A program made the position numbers and the translations under genes. Shown here piece after piece: positions 13,676-26,839 of a stretch of 64,000 nucleotides of DNA. The notes under the pieces were generated by a model. It was given only the letters and a program-made list of their open reading frames with translations. It did not search any database and was not told the DNA's origin. The stretch spans positions 372,001 through 436,000 of the forward strand of contig JALMLS010000304.1 of the NCBI GenBank assembly GCA_038496445.1. The letters run 5' to 3'. Numbering within the stretch: position 1 is the first letter of the stretch; the number at the start of each line of letters is the position of its first letter. The stretch is from Trichosphaerium sp. ATCC 40318. Lineage: Eukaryota > Protista > Tubulinea.

Positions 13676-13870
13676 TTGTAGAACACGTGATTATATTCTA
13701 AACGTGCTATGCATCAAATTGTTACAAGTCGTACGTAGTATTGAGTTTGGAAGAATTGCCGCTTTTAGATATCGTCCAACGTGATATCTTATTGTATAAC
13801 GCTGTGAATACGCGTCAACAATACTACGGGCTCGTAAAAAAAGTGACATTGAATTAAATTTGTGAACTAC
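13676..13870 (-). promoter_or_regulatory. Conserved upstream block of the GPCR genes (CACGTG box plus GTAGTTCACAA motif), repeated before all six copies
   Basis: The + strand motifs tgtagaacacgtgatta and ttgtgaact recur at similar spacing near 13680, 17425, 21122, 25627, 30226 and 35303. Confidence 0.55.
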
Positions 13871-14023
13871 AACGTGTAGTTTGTGAACTGGTTTAAACAC
13901 TATCTACATTGCCTCTCCAACAAGTGCGGTTAATTAGGCTTGGTTACGACACTTCAAGCGGAAAAAAATAACATGGAGAGCAATTGTTTAATGTTTATTT
14001 TTCCATGAACCAACCTACCTTTT

Positions 14024-17000
14024 TTAAACGGTACACGGTTGCGTTGAACTGCCCATTTTAGGAGTTGTAATGCGAGTTACACTTGAACCGGCTCGTGAAT
14101 CTCTGGACAATTGTGTATCCATACAAACACATGCAGGAGTCTTGTGAATAAAGAACGAGTTTACAGTGATTGCTAAAAGTACATTAGATTGTTGTATGAA
14201 CACTTTTTTTGGTATAACCTACCTGAACCAGAAATGATACACATAGATACAATAATAAATCTTGTAAATCTATCAATATCTGTTGCAGCGAGTACAACAC
14301 TCAACATTGCAAAGAAAGCAACATTGTACACTGTGAAGAAGATTATCTTAGATTCATTGTATCTCTTGATTGGAATTGTTCTTATTCTGAATGCAAACAC
14401 ACTACAAACCAACAATAGAAATGCCTAGAAGAAAAATATTTGATGAGTTCCTTATTACACCATATACAAGTCGTACATTTGATGCAACTATGATGTACAT
14501 GATAATTTCAAAAGCAGAATTGTATTTGCAAGAATGATAGTTCCGAAATACTCTGATTGAATCAACAACAATCACTTCACTTGAAGAACTTCCAACAGTT
14601 GTCTGAAATATTTAGTAACTTCATATTAGTACCAACGGTGTACCATTATGACCAAGAGAATAACATGACAAATGACAAGAGATCCAACCCACAAAAGAAC
14701 CATCTTATCACTGATTCTGATCACTTGTGTTGTTTTCAATCGATACAATCTATCAAGACGAAGTGTTTTCCCAAGTAAGGGCCTACAAAACGGGTAAGTA
14801 ATGTCAACAATAATTTAGTTGTCTAAGTATTAAGTACCCGAAGAGTAGAATGAAACCAATATCAAGAACCCAAATTGATGCATTACATGTGAAATTGGAA
14901 ACAACATTTGGAAGCAAAGTGAATACAGAGATGTACAACAACGAGCTTCCAAGAATCATTAATCCCATGAATAAAGGTGATGACGCCTAAAAAAGTCATA
15001 ATGGTTACATTAAAAGATGAAAGACCTTGACTTTTTTGTTGCCAAGACTGAGAACAAGAAAAACAGCCCATCCTACATTGATACAAAAGAAAATGATGGC
15101 AACAACAGTTACAAATATTTCTGTCCAATGACCTGATGATAACACGAGTTAGGTATTGGTATATTTCTAAAGATGTACCATATTGTGGATGAAATATACG
15201 TTCATGCCATTTGGGCATTGGATAAATCAAGTCTGCTAGTTTTGTTGGAGGAGGCCCTATCAAGGTGTAACGACCCTTTTCTTGAATCTGAAGATGTAGC
15301 CAATCCCTAATACGGTTTAATGTAAAAAGAGACAACTTCTTCAATCTGATAATTTTCTTACCTTTGTTGAAATCCATCAACATCCCATGAGTATCGTCCA
15401 GCAAGTGTATCTTCTTTGAATCGAAACATGTTGTCACGTATTATTTCGTCAATCTATTCGCTGTCGTGAGGATCAAAATACAATCTAAATAGTGTACGGT
15501 CTTATCTGCACAAGCACAGGTTGATGTAGAAGAAGTGAGTTGTATTGATGAGTTGGCATTCAACTTATTCAAAAAAGGTTAGCTGATTCATACACTTTAC
15601 TTCCATGACGTACAACAATAGCATCTCCATAATCTATCACTGCTTTTTTAATCGCTTTGTTGAGTAAAGATAGAAGAATAGCATAGCTGGTAAAATCGCT
15701 GTTGAGGTCTCTTCCATATCTCTTTTTGAATCCATCATTGAGTTGTGAATAGTTTCCATATTCTTCTGTTGCAGGGAATTTCATATCTGCCGAATACTGC
15801 CCAACAATAAGGACATAAAATATAAAATAGAACATACCTGAGACTCAGCACTGACATAGTGCCATAGATCCATATCCAGGTTAACTAACCTTCTTGCATC
15901 CGCATCTGTAAAACCAACATATCTTGGGGTGTAGTCTTCTTTACGAAGGGTATCCATAATCAATCCAACAGCGTCCCATTGTTTACTACAAATAAACCTG
16001 GAAAGTGTCAGAGGTTTTAATTTATTTTCGCAAGTGCAAAGACATACCATGCATCAGCGTCATCCTCTTTCGCCATCAGAGCTATTTTTGATATGTTCTT
16101 AGTCACAGATTCTGAGAAGTTACCAAAGGGTACAGCAAAATATAAGGATAAAGATGAAGCATTAACTATCGCAAAATAAGATTGTATTCAAGGTGTACAA
16201 CGTACACTCTACGGCATATTCAGATTTGATTGTGAATCCTTGTAATCGTAACTCATCTCTGAATAGTTTACTCGAGCACCTTTTCAGTCACATAAGCTAG
16301 ATGGTGAGAATAAAACGGAAACGTACATTGTTCCAAATATATTCTCATCAGAATAAATTAATGTCACTGTTTTCGCACCAACAACACGCAATGGTGGTAA
16401 AGCTGCAAAGAAACCTCGTTCTCTTGGAAGTCCAACACTGAGACAACAAGATGTTCCATTTGCTTGTTCATTGAATTTGTTGCTTGTTGACACTACACTG
16501 AAGCATCAGAGATATTAACTCTACAATAAAACACGTGCGTACACAGTAATCGTTTGTTCTGTTTCATAAATTCAATAATAGGAGGGTTGTGGTTTACAAA
16601 CGCAGGTCCAAGAAAAAAGGAAATTGATGAGTCGTTCAACCCTTTCTCGTATAATTCTTTCGTGTAATTTAAATTATGCTGTGCATTGATAAGCCTGTTA
16701 AAAATCGTGAGTTACCATTGAAATAAATAACTGTCATTCTTGCATTATAGAACGTACTTTAAATTCAACCTAAGCCTCTCCCCTCCTATCGTAACCGGAG
16801 CGTCTTGCTCAACTAACAGATCTGCAAAGTACACCAAAGCATCCCTTGCGCTGGTAAGGAGGAGAATACCACAAAAAAAAAACTGTACTGTAAATCCAAT
16901 ATGATGACCTCAAAGTCCGGTGTCCACGCTCCAACTTGTACTAAAACTAGGTAAGAAACGTACGAGCAAAAAACCGACAGAAAAGTTGGCGACATTTGCG

Positions 17001-17329
17001 CTACCAGGCGGATCTCAAACATTACAGAAAAAAAACAGCGCCAGTAAGTGTAATGGTTATAGGAAAGAAAAACCCAAATGAGGATTTTTTTTGTTTTGGA
17101 CCGTTTAGACAATGTATTTTAAAACATACTATCTCTAACCAACACGTGATACACGTTGGTCCAAAGATAGTTGTTCAAGTCAAAAATATTGGTAAACAGG
17201 TTTTAAATCTTGTCAAATAAGTTTCTACGCACGTATTGTTATGTTTTTGACCGCGACAGCATCCGTAATCGGCAACAATCCAATAAATATCACAATCATA
17301 TTTAATGCTATCGCGTAGTATGCACACAT
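14024..17329 (-). CDS. Class C GPCR, copy 2
   Basis: Same exon structure as copy 1; C-terminus ...SSTQPCTV*. One donor is weakened to GTCTTT. Confidence 0.85.
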
Positions 17330-17751
17330 GGTTTTTTAACGAGCTAAGGTTGAAATAAGATGAGGGGCGTTGCCAAAACGAAAACGTTTCGAAAACAGGA
17401 AATGAAGTTTGGTTTGTATATTGTAGAACACGTGATTACAATATAAACGTGCTCTACAGCAAATCGATAGAAGGCGTACGTAGTTGTATACTTTGTCGCG
17501 TTTGGTTATTGCCAGCTTGTCCAGTCGTTGTTTACAAGCTGTAAAACGTGTCAATAATACTACGGCTCAAACAAAAGTATGTAATTTGTGAACTAACTAC
17601 AAACTGGTAAACGATCAATCAATACAATACCTATGTCTGAAAAACATGTTTAGCTAGGCGCCGGTACCTTCAAGTAACACAAAATGACCTGGTGCCCAAA
17701 ATAAGTAGTGTGAGAATTTATTTAATTAGTCAAATAACAGAAGTTTGCTGT

Positions 17752-20700
17752 TTACATAGCACTATCTGTCGGTTGTGTTGAACTACCCGCTTTAGGTGTT
17801 GATGTACGACCTACACTAGAATCGGTTCGTGAATCTATGGACGCCTGTGCATCCATACAAACACATGCAGGGGTCTTGTGAATAAAGAACGAGTTTACAG
17901 TGATTGCTAAAAAGTACATTAGATTGTTGTATGAACACTTTTGTACCTGAACCAGAAATGATACACATAGATACAATAATAAATCTTGTAAATCTATCAA
18001 TATCTGTTGCAGCGAGTACAACACTCAACATTGCAAAGAAAGCAACATTGTAAACAGTGAAGAAGATTATCTTAGATTCATTGTATCTTTTGATTGGAAT
18101 TGTTCTTATTCTAAACGCAAACACACTACAAACCAACAATAAGGATGCCTAGAATAAAAATATTTGATGAGTTCCTTATAACACCATATACAAGTCGTAC
18201 ATTTGATGCAACTATGATGTACATGATAATTTCAAAGGCAGAATTGTATTTGCAAGAATGATAGTTCCGAAATACTCTGATTGAATCGACAACAATCACT
18301 TCACTTGAAGAACTTCCAACAGTTGTCTGAAATATTTAGTAACCTCAGTAGTATTAAACGGTGTACCATTATGACCAAGAGAATAACATGACAAATGACA
18401 AGAGATCCAACCCACAAAAGAACCATCTTATCACTGATTCTGATCACTTGTGTTGTTTTCAATCGATACAATCTATCAAGACGAAGTGTTTTCCCAAGTA
18501 AGGGTCTACAAACGGATAAGTAATGTCAACGATAATTTAGTCAAGTACCCAAAGAGTAGAATGAAACCAATATCAAGAACCCAAATTGATGCATTACATG
18601 TGAAATTGGAAACAACATTTGGAAGCAAAGTGAATACAGAGATGTACAACAACGAGCTTCCAAGAATCATTAATCCCATGAATAAAGGTGATGACGCCTA
18701 CAACAGTCATAAAGTAAGAAATACAGAACACAGTCATAGCTTACCTTGACTTTTTTGTCATGAAGATTAAGAACAAGGAAAACAGCCCATCCTACATTGA
18801 TACAAAAGAAAATGATGGTAACAACAGTTACAAATATTTCTGTCCAATGACCTGGTCAGGAAGTGATTAGCTTTTGTATTTACTGAAGATATACCATATT
18901 GTGGATGAAATATACGTTCATGCCATTTGGGCATTGGATAAATCAAGTCTGCTACTTTCGTTGGAGGAGGTCCTATCAGAGTGAAACTACCTTTTTCTTG
19001 CATTTGGAGATGTAACCAATCCCTAATACAGTTTCAAAGACGCTGTCAATCTTATAATTTTCTTACCTTTGTTGAAATCCATCAACATCCCATGAGTATC
19101 GTCCAGCAAGTGTATCTTCTTTGAATCGAAACATGTTGTCACGTATTATTTCATCAATCTATTTACTGTCGTGAGGATCAAAATAAAATCTAAATAGTGT
19201 ACGGTCTTATCTGCACAGGCAGTGGTTGAGATAGAAGAAGCGAGTTGTATTGATGAGTTGGCATTCAACTTTTCCAAAAAACGTTAGTGATCGTGGTACA
19301 TACACTTAGCGTTCACGTACAACAATAGCATCTCCATAATCTATCACTGCTTTTTTAATCGCTTTGTTGAGTAACGATAGAAGAATACCATAGCTGAGAG
19401 ATCCAGTGTCAAGGTCTATTCCATATCTTTCTTTATATCCATCATTGAGTTGTGAATAGTTTCCATATTCTGCCGTTGCAGGGAACTTCATATCCGCCGA
19501 ATGCTATGAAAAAATAACAATGTGCGAAAAACACTGTAGATACCTGAGACTCAGCAGTAACATAGTGCCATAAATCCATATCCACATGCTTTAATCTGCT
19601 AAGGACCGCATCTGTAAAACCAACATATCTTGGGGTGTAGTCTTCTTTACGAAGGGTATCCATAATCAATCCAACAGCATCCCATTGTTTACTACAAATA
19701 AACCTGGAAAGTGTCAGAGGTTTTAATTTAATTTTCGTATGTGTAAGGACATACCATGCATCAGCGTCATCCTCTTTTGCCATCAGAGCTATTTTTGATA
19801 TGTTCTTAGTCACAGATTCTGAGAAATTACCAAAGGGTACAGCACGAAAAACCTGACGAGCTGTAGCATCAACTAAACAAAATAAGTCTTTGTTTAATGG
19901 TACAACGTACATTCTATGGCATATTCAGATTTGATCGTGAATCCTTGTAATCGTAACTCATCTCTGAATAGTTTACTTGAGCACCTTTATGGACACAAAA
20001 TTAAACTGAGAATAAAATGGGAAACGTACATTACTCCAAAAATATTCTCATCAGAATAAATTAATGTCACTGTTTTCGCACCAACGACACGTAATGGTGG
20101 TAAAGCTGCAAAGAAACCTCGTTCTCTTGGAAGTCCAACACTGAGACAACAAGATGTTCCATTTGCTTGTTCATTGAATTTGTTGCTTGTTGACACTACA
20201 CTGAAGCATCAGAGATATTAACTCTACAATAAAACACGTGCGTACACAATAATCTCTTGTTCTGTTCCATTAATTCGATGATGTGAGGGTTGTGGTCTAC
20301 AACCACAGGTCCAACAAAAAAGGAAATAGAAGAGTCATTCAATCCTTTCTCGTATATTTCTTTCGTGTATGTAAAGTTAAACCGTGCATTCATAATTCTG
20401 TTACAATAATCATGTTAGTATTGTAATTGTTTTTAACACCTTGCATACAACGTACTTTACTTTCAACCTAAATCTCTCCCCTCCTATTGTAACCGGAGTG
20501 CCTTTTTCAACTAATAGATCTGCAAAGTACTCCAAAGCATTCCTAGCGCTGGTAAGGAGTAACATACTACAAAAAAAACCTGTACTTTAAATTATTTATG
20601 AGGAACTCTATGCTATCGGGCCACCCTCCCACTTGTACTTAAAAACAGAGTAAGAAAGATCATTTTTAATGTTTTGAACCGCTACATGATCGGGCGTTTA

Positions 20701-21039
20701 CACGCATGCACAGTGATCCACCGGAAAAGTAAAAAACGGCGAAAAACAACGTAAGAGACGGGAACCAAGGTGCAGGGGAAAAAACCCCAAATGAGATATG
20801 TGGCTTTGGAGTTTTAAACGATCTATTTTTATACCGTATTTCCCTTACCAGCACGTGATATGTGTTGGTCCAAAGGTAGTTGTTCAGGTCAAAAATGATT
20901 TGAAAAAAGGTTGTAAATCTCCTCATACAAGTTTCTACGCACGCATTGTTATGTTTTTGACTGCAAAAGCATCCGGAATAGTCAGCAATCCAATAAATAT
21001 CACAATCATATTTAATGCTCTCGTGTTTAATGCGCGCAT
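17752..21039 (-). CDS. Class C GPCR, copy 3
   Basis: Same exon structure; most divergent ectodomain patches; ends QPTDSAM*. Confidence 0.88.
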
Positions 21040-21922
21040 GGTTATTATCAAGCTAAAGTTCTAATAAGACGAATGAACGATGCTCAAAACGAAAACGAAG
21101 GGAATGCAGTTTGGTTCGTTGTAGACCACGTGATTACAACATACACGTCTAAGTCGTACTTAGTTGATCGAGTTGTTTTGTAGTCGCTTTTAGTATTTGG
21201 CCAGTCGTCCAAGTGTTTTATTAAGTTGTGAAACGTGTCAATAATACTACGCTTCTTAAAAAATTTGAGATACAACTTGTGAACTACAACGTGTAAACAC
21301 TAAAAGCCTCCGAAAACCGACATACCAACTGATAGGAACATACTGAGCGGCTAAAATCCGGAACGGATGAAACACCCGTGATAGGTTATGTACATTGCGA
21401 AATGTTGGATAGGTCGCCATGCCTTGTTTTACCGCAATGTTCGCACCTACCTACCATTAAAATTTAGTATGTTTAGCTATGACAATGTTCATGAGAATGG
21501 CTCCGCTTTTTGGCGTGGGTTACCGACAATTTTAATCAACTCATACACTACAAGATATCTTTTTGTGTGAAGAGTTTTGATAAATCCGAAGAAGTTAACT
21601 CCTCGCTAAAAAACAATTATACCTTATTTTGCCAACACTGCGCATAGAGGATGGCATTATTTCGACTCTTTGCGTGAGGTTATCGCAGAAAACTCAGAAC
21701 TTTTTCGTAACCCATGATCCTGCCTGAATGTATCTAAACAGTTAGACTAGGCATAAAAATACGCATACAGTGGCGGAAAGGTTTAACTTAAAATCGACAT
21801 TTAGAACTTTTGATAAAAAAAGCGTTTGCTCACATACGCATTTTTTTGTACAGTGGTTTTTGTGAAGGCCAAATTCGAAATTGTCATTGGCAACTTCGCT
21901 ATATTGTGTAGGCCCTCATAAA

Positions 21923-22152
21923 GTTGGTTCCTAAAGGCAACAAAGGTTGAAAAAGATGAAGTAAAACATGGTACGCTGATATCCAAGGTAGAGTGTTTGT
22001 TTACCCTTTGTCAATAGGTTTAACTAGGTTGTCAATGGCGTTTGAGACACGTGAAGAGTATCTTCTATAGAAAAAACCAGGCATATAATGGAAGATCAGT
22101 CAGGGTTGCATTAAAAGCTGGCTACAAGCTTTTAAGGTCTACTACAACAAGG
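21923..22152 (+). pseudogene. Duplicated internal fragment (exon-intron-exon) of the 8071-10135 gene
   Basis: gttggttcctaaaggcaacaaaggttg...ctacaacaagg matches ~9099-9320, including the intron. Confidence 0.9.
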
Positions 22153-22186
22153 CATACGCCAAAACAAAATACTAATAAAATTTGTT

Positions 22187-25100
22187 TTATATATCCTTAT
22201 ACAGTGTTGCACTATCTGCAGGTTGTGTTGAACTGCCCCTCCCTTTTGTAGTTGATGCACGGCCCATACTTGAGCCAGTGTGGGAATCTTTGGACAATTG
22301 TGTATCCATACAAGCACATGCAGGAGTCTTGTGAATAAAGAACGAGTTCACAGTGATTGCTAAAAACAATTAGATCTTTTGTATAAATTCTTTTGTACCT
22401 GAACCAGAAATGATACACATAGATACAATAATAAATCTTGTAAATCTATCAATATCTGTGGCAGCGAGTACAACACTCAACATTGCAAAGAAAGCAACAT
22501 TGTACACAGTGAAGAAGATTATCTTAGATTCATTGTATCTCTTGATTGGAATTGTTCTTATTCTGAATGCAAACACACTACAAACCAACAATAAGGATGC
22601 CTAAAACAAAACAATTTGATGAGTTCCTTATAGCACCATTATAAAAGTCGTACATTTGATGCAACTATGATGTACATGATAATTTCAAAGGCAGAATTGT
22701 ATTTGCAAGAATGATAGTTCCGAAATACTCTGATTGAATCGACAACAATCACTTCACTTGAAGAACTTCCAACAGTTGTCTGAAGTATTTAGTAACTCCA
22801 TATTAGTACCAAAGATGTACCATTATGACCAAGAGAATAACATGACAAATGACAAGAGATCCAACCCACAAAAGAACCATCTTGTCACTGATTCTGATCA
22901 CTTGTGTTGTTTTCAATCGATACAATCTATCAAGACGAAGTGTTTTCCCAAGTAAGGGCCTACAAAAGCGTAAGTAACATCAACAATAATTTAGTCAAGT
23001 ACCCAAAGAGTAGAATGAAACCAATATCAAGAATCCAAATTGATGCATTACATGTGAAATTGGAAACAACATTTGGAAGCAAAGTGAATACAGAGATGTA
23101 CAACAACGAGCTTCCAAGAATCATTAATCCCATGAATAAAGGTGATGACGCCTAAAACAGCCTTAATGGTTACTGTAAAAGATGAAAGAGTTACTACATA
23201 CCTTGACTTTTTTGTTGCGAAGACTGAGAACAAGGAAAATAGCCCATGCTGCATTGATACAAAAGAAAATGATGGCAACAATAGTTACAAATATTTCCGT
23301 CCAATGACCTGGTCAGGAAGTGATTAGCTTTTGTATTTACTGAAGACATACCATATTGTGGATGAAATATACGTTCATGCCATTTGGGCATTGGATAAAT
23401 CAAGTCTGCCAGTTTTGTTGGAGGAGGTCCTATCAGAGTGAAACTACCCTTTTCTTGCATTTGAAAATGTAACCAATCCCTAATACAGTTTCAAAGACCT
23501 GTCAATCTTATATTTTTCTTACCTTTGTTGGAACCCATCAACATCCCATGAGTATCGTCCAGCAAGTGTATCTTCTTTTAATCGGAACATGTTGTCACGT
23601 ATTATTTCATCAATCTACGTCATGTTATAAAGAATCAAAATAAAATCTAAATAGTGTACGGTCTTATCTGCGCAAGCACAGGTTGATGTAGAAGAAGTGA
23701 CTTGTATTGATGAGTTGCCATTCAACTTATTGATAAAACGTTAGTGATCGTGATACATACACTTTACTTCCATCACGTACAATAATAGCATCTCCATAGT
23801 CTATCACTGCTTTTTTAATCGCTTTGTTGAGTAGTGAAAACAGAATAGCAAAGGTGGTAAAGTCGCTGTTAAGGTCTCTTCCATGTCTCTTTTTGAATCC
23901 ATCATTAAGTTGTGAATAGTTTCCATATTCTGCCGTTGCAGGGAACTTCATATCCGCAGAAAACTACAGAAAACAATTTCAATGTGCTAAAAAACATAAA
24001 ATAGAACATACCTGAGACTCAGCAGTAACGTATTGCCATAGATCCATGTCCAATCGTATTACCCTGTTTGGAGTTGCATCTGTAAAACCAACATATCTTG
24101 GGGTGTAGTCTTCTTTACGAAGGGTATCCATAATCAATCCAACAGCGTCCCATTGTTTACTACAAATAAACCTGGAAAGTGTCATAGGTTTTAATTTATT
24201 TCGTATGTGTAAGGACATACCATGCATCAGCGTCATCCTCTTTCGCCATCAGAGCTATTTTTGATATGTTCTTAGTCACAGATTCTGAGAAATTACCAAA
24301 GGGTACAGCAATGTACGCTATACGAGCCTCAGCATCAACTAATAGAATAAGATTGTATTCAAGGTGTACAACGTACACTCTACGGCATATTCAGATTTGA
24401 TAGTGAATCCTTGTAATCGTAACTCATCTCTGAATAGTTTACTTGAGCACCTTTATGGACACAAAATCAGACAGTAAGTAAACGTTGAGAATTGATAGTA
24501 AGAATAAAATGGGAAACGTACATTGTTCCAAAAATATTCTCATCAGAATAAATTAATGTCACTGTTTTCGCACCAACGACACGTAATGGTGGTAAGGCTG
24601 CAAAGAAACCTTGTTCTCTTGGAATTCCAACACTGAGACAACAAGATGTTCCATTTGCTTGTTCATTGAATTTGTTGCTTGTTGACACTACACTGAAGCA
24701 TCAGAGATATTAACTCTACAATAGAACATGTGCCTACACAATAATCGTCTGTTATGTTCCATTAATTCAATAATAGGAGGGCTATGGTTTACAAACGCAG
24801 GGCTAATAAAAAAGGAAATAGAAGAGTCGTTCAACCCTTTCTCGTATATTTCTTTCGTGTATGTACTGTTAAACTGTCCATTGATAAGCCTGTTACAATA
24901 TCGTGAGTACTACCAGCGTTGAATAAACCTGCCACATTGCGTTGTACGTACTCATATTTCAACCTATATTTCTCCCCTCCTATTGTGACCGGAGCGTCTT
25001 GATCAACTATTAGATCTGAAAAGTAGTCCACAGAATCCCTTGCGATGGTAAGGAGAAAATTGCAATAATAATTTGTACTTTAAATCATATATGAAGCTCT

Positions 25101-25525
25101 CAAACCCGTTGGACCACGCTCCCACTTGTACTAATATAAAGTGAAAAACACGTAGTCGTTGTTTTTAAAGCAACTAAAACTCCTGAACAGTTACACGCTT
25201 TCTGTGTAAGTAAATAAGGCGGATTTCTAACACCATAGTAAAAACAGCAAAGGTGAATCATAACGGGAAAACATCGGAAGCTTTTTGGTTTTGGAGTTTT
25301 TACCCCGATGTATTTTTAAAACGCGCTACCCCTTACCAACACGCGATATGCGTTGGTCCAAAGATAGTTGCTCAGGTCAAAAATAATTAGAAAAGGCAGT
25401 AAATCTCCTCATACAAGTGTTTACGCACGTATTGTTATGTTTTTGACTGCAAAAGCATCCGGGATAGTCAGCAATCCAATAAATATTACAATCATACTCA
25501 ATCCCCTCGTGTTTATTACACACAT
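22187..25525 (-). CDS. Class C GPCR, copy 4
   Basis: Same exon structure; the usual TAA is TAT here, extending the tail to ...ATLYKDI*. Confidence 0.88.
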
Positions 25526-26593
25526 AGTTACTAGAAAGCTAAGGTTGAAATAAGATGAATGAACGTTGCCGAAACGAAAGAAAAATCGCCAAAAACGACA
25601 AGCCAGAAAATGAGGCGATCTCCGTTGTAGAACACGTGATTACATTATAAACGTGCTCTACATCAACAAATCGCTAAAAGTCGTACTTAGTTGTATTCAC
25701 TCTGTTTTATTCGCTTGTTATCGCTTTTAGCTATTGGCCAGGTATTCCAGGTGTTGTTGTATTAAGCTGTAAAAACGTGTCAACAATACTGCGCTTCTAA
25801 TAAATTTGACATACAGTTTGTGAACTACACCTACAAACCTCCGAAAGCTGACAGGCCAACTGAAAGGAACATAATAGGCGGCAACAATAGGGTCGGATGA
25901 AACACATCCAGTACAGGACGAAATGATAGGATATGTACATTGTGAATGTTGGTTAGGGCGGCATGCCTTGTTTTAAAGCTATGTTCAAACTTACCACTAA
26001 AGGAAGTGTTAGGTTTAAGCCATTTTTTCTAACCTCTGTGAGTGCTCCCAATACGCTGTTTTACGCTTAAGGAAACGTTTTATAATACTCATTATCCCAA
26101 ACTGTGTGTCATTGTAAAACGTATTTTGTAGACACAAAGAACGTTTGTACACCTTATTATTGAGCGTCTAAAGTATGTATCAATGGGTTTTATGTGGTTA
26201 ACAGCCTTCAGTGCTGTTTGTGGTTGAACGAACTTTTTCATCTAAGTTACGCTACAGCAGCACTCTATTGGCATTTTAAATTAAATTAGAGTATTAAAAC
26301 AGTTCCAGCACAACTACAATACAATGAATTGCCCGTACAAATTCAAAAGAGTAAATACCATTCAAAATAGAAGCAGTTTTATCAGTGTAGGATAACCAGG
26401 GCTAGACAAGTCATTTTCATCGTGTTGCATTTGATCACGTGTCAAAAATAATAAATTTCTTAAAAGTGGTACGAAATCTATTACAGAGCTTTGTTGTATG
26501 ATAAAAACATCCACAATTACGGTGTCTGTTCCAACAAGTAAAAGTAGAGCTTTGAGTGAATCTGTTTCCTGAAAATGAGAATGGCGCGTAGGT

Positions 26594-26765
26594 TAATGTT
26601 TTAGTGCAATGAAGTTCGATCGTTTGATGAAATAGAGTCGCAAGGACTCTGCTCGCTTTTTCTTCGTCAATACGAAGAAATAAATCTGGGGATTGATGTG
26701 CTTCAGGATTGGCCATTATCGTTAACTATCCAGTGGTTTGCTCCTTTGATGAAGAAGGCCAAATT
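26594..26765 (-). pseudogene. Decayed fragment of the hydrolase gene at 35861-37803
   Basis: Encodes ANPEAHQSPDLFLRIDEEKASRVLATLFHQTIE, near-identical to ~35960-36110, with a 1-nt insertion upstream of ANPEA. Confidence 0.9.
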
Positions 26766-26839
26766 TGACGATTTTGGCAAGGTGAGCTTGAAAAAGTCTA
26801 CAACAAGGTGTACGCTAAACAAGATTTATTTTCACTCTT

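Noticed and set aside
21307-21443. Block shared with 25838-25986 containing CTGA..GAAA, resembling a hammerhead ribozyme
   Set aside because: The core reads CTGATAG/CTGAAAG, not CUGANGA, and the stems are not conserved. It is better explained as duplicated spacer sequence.
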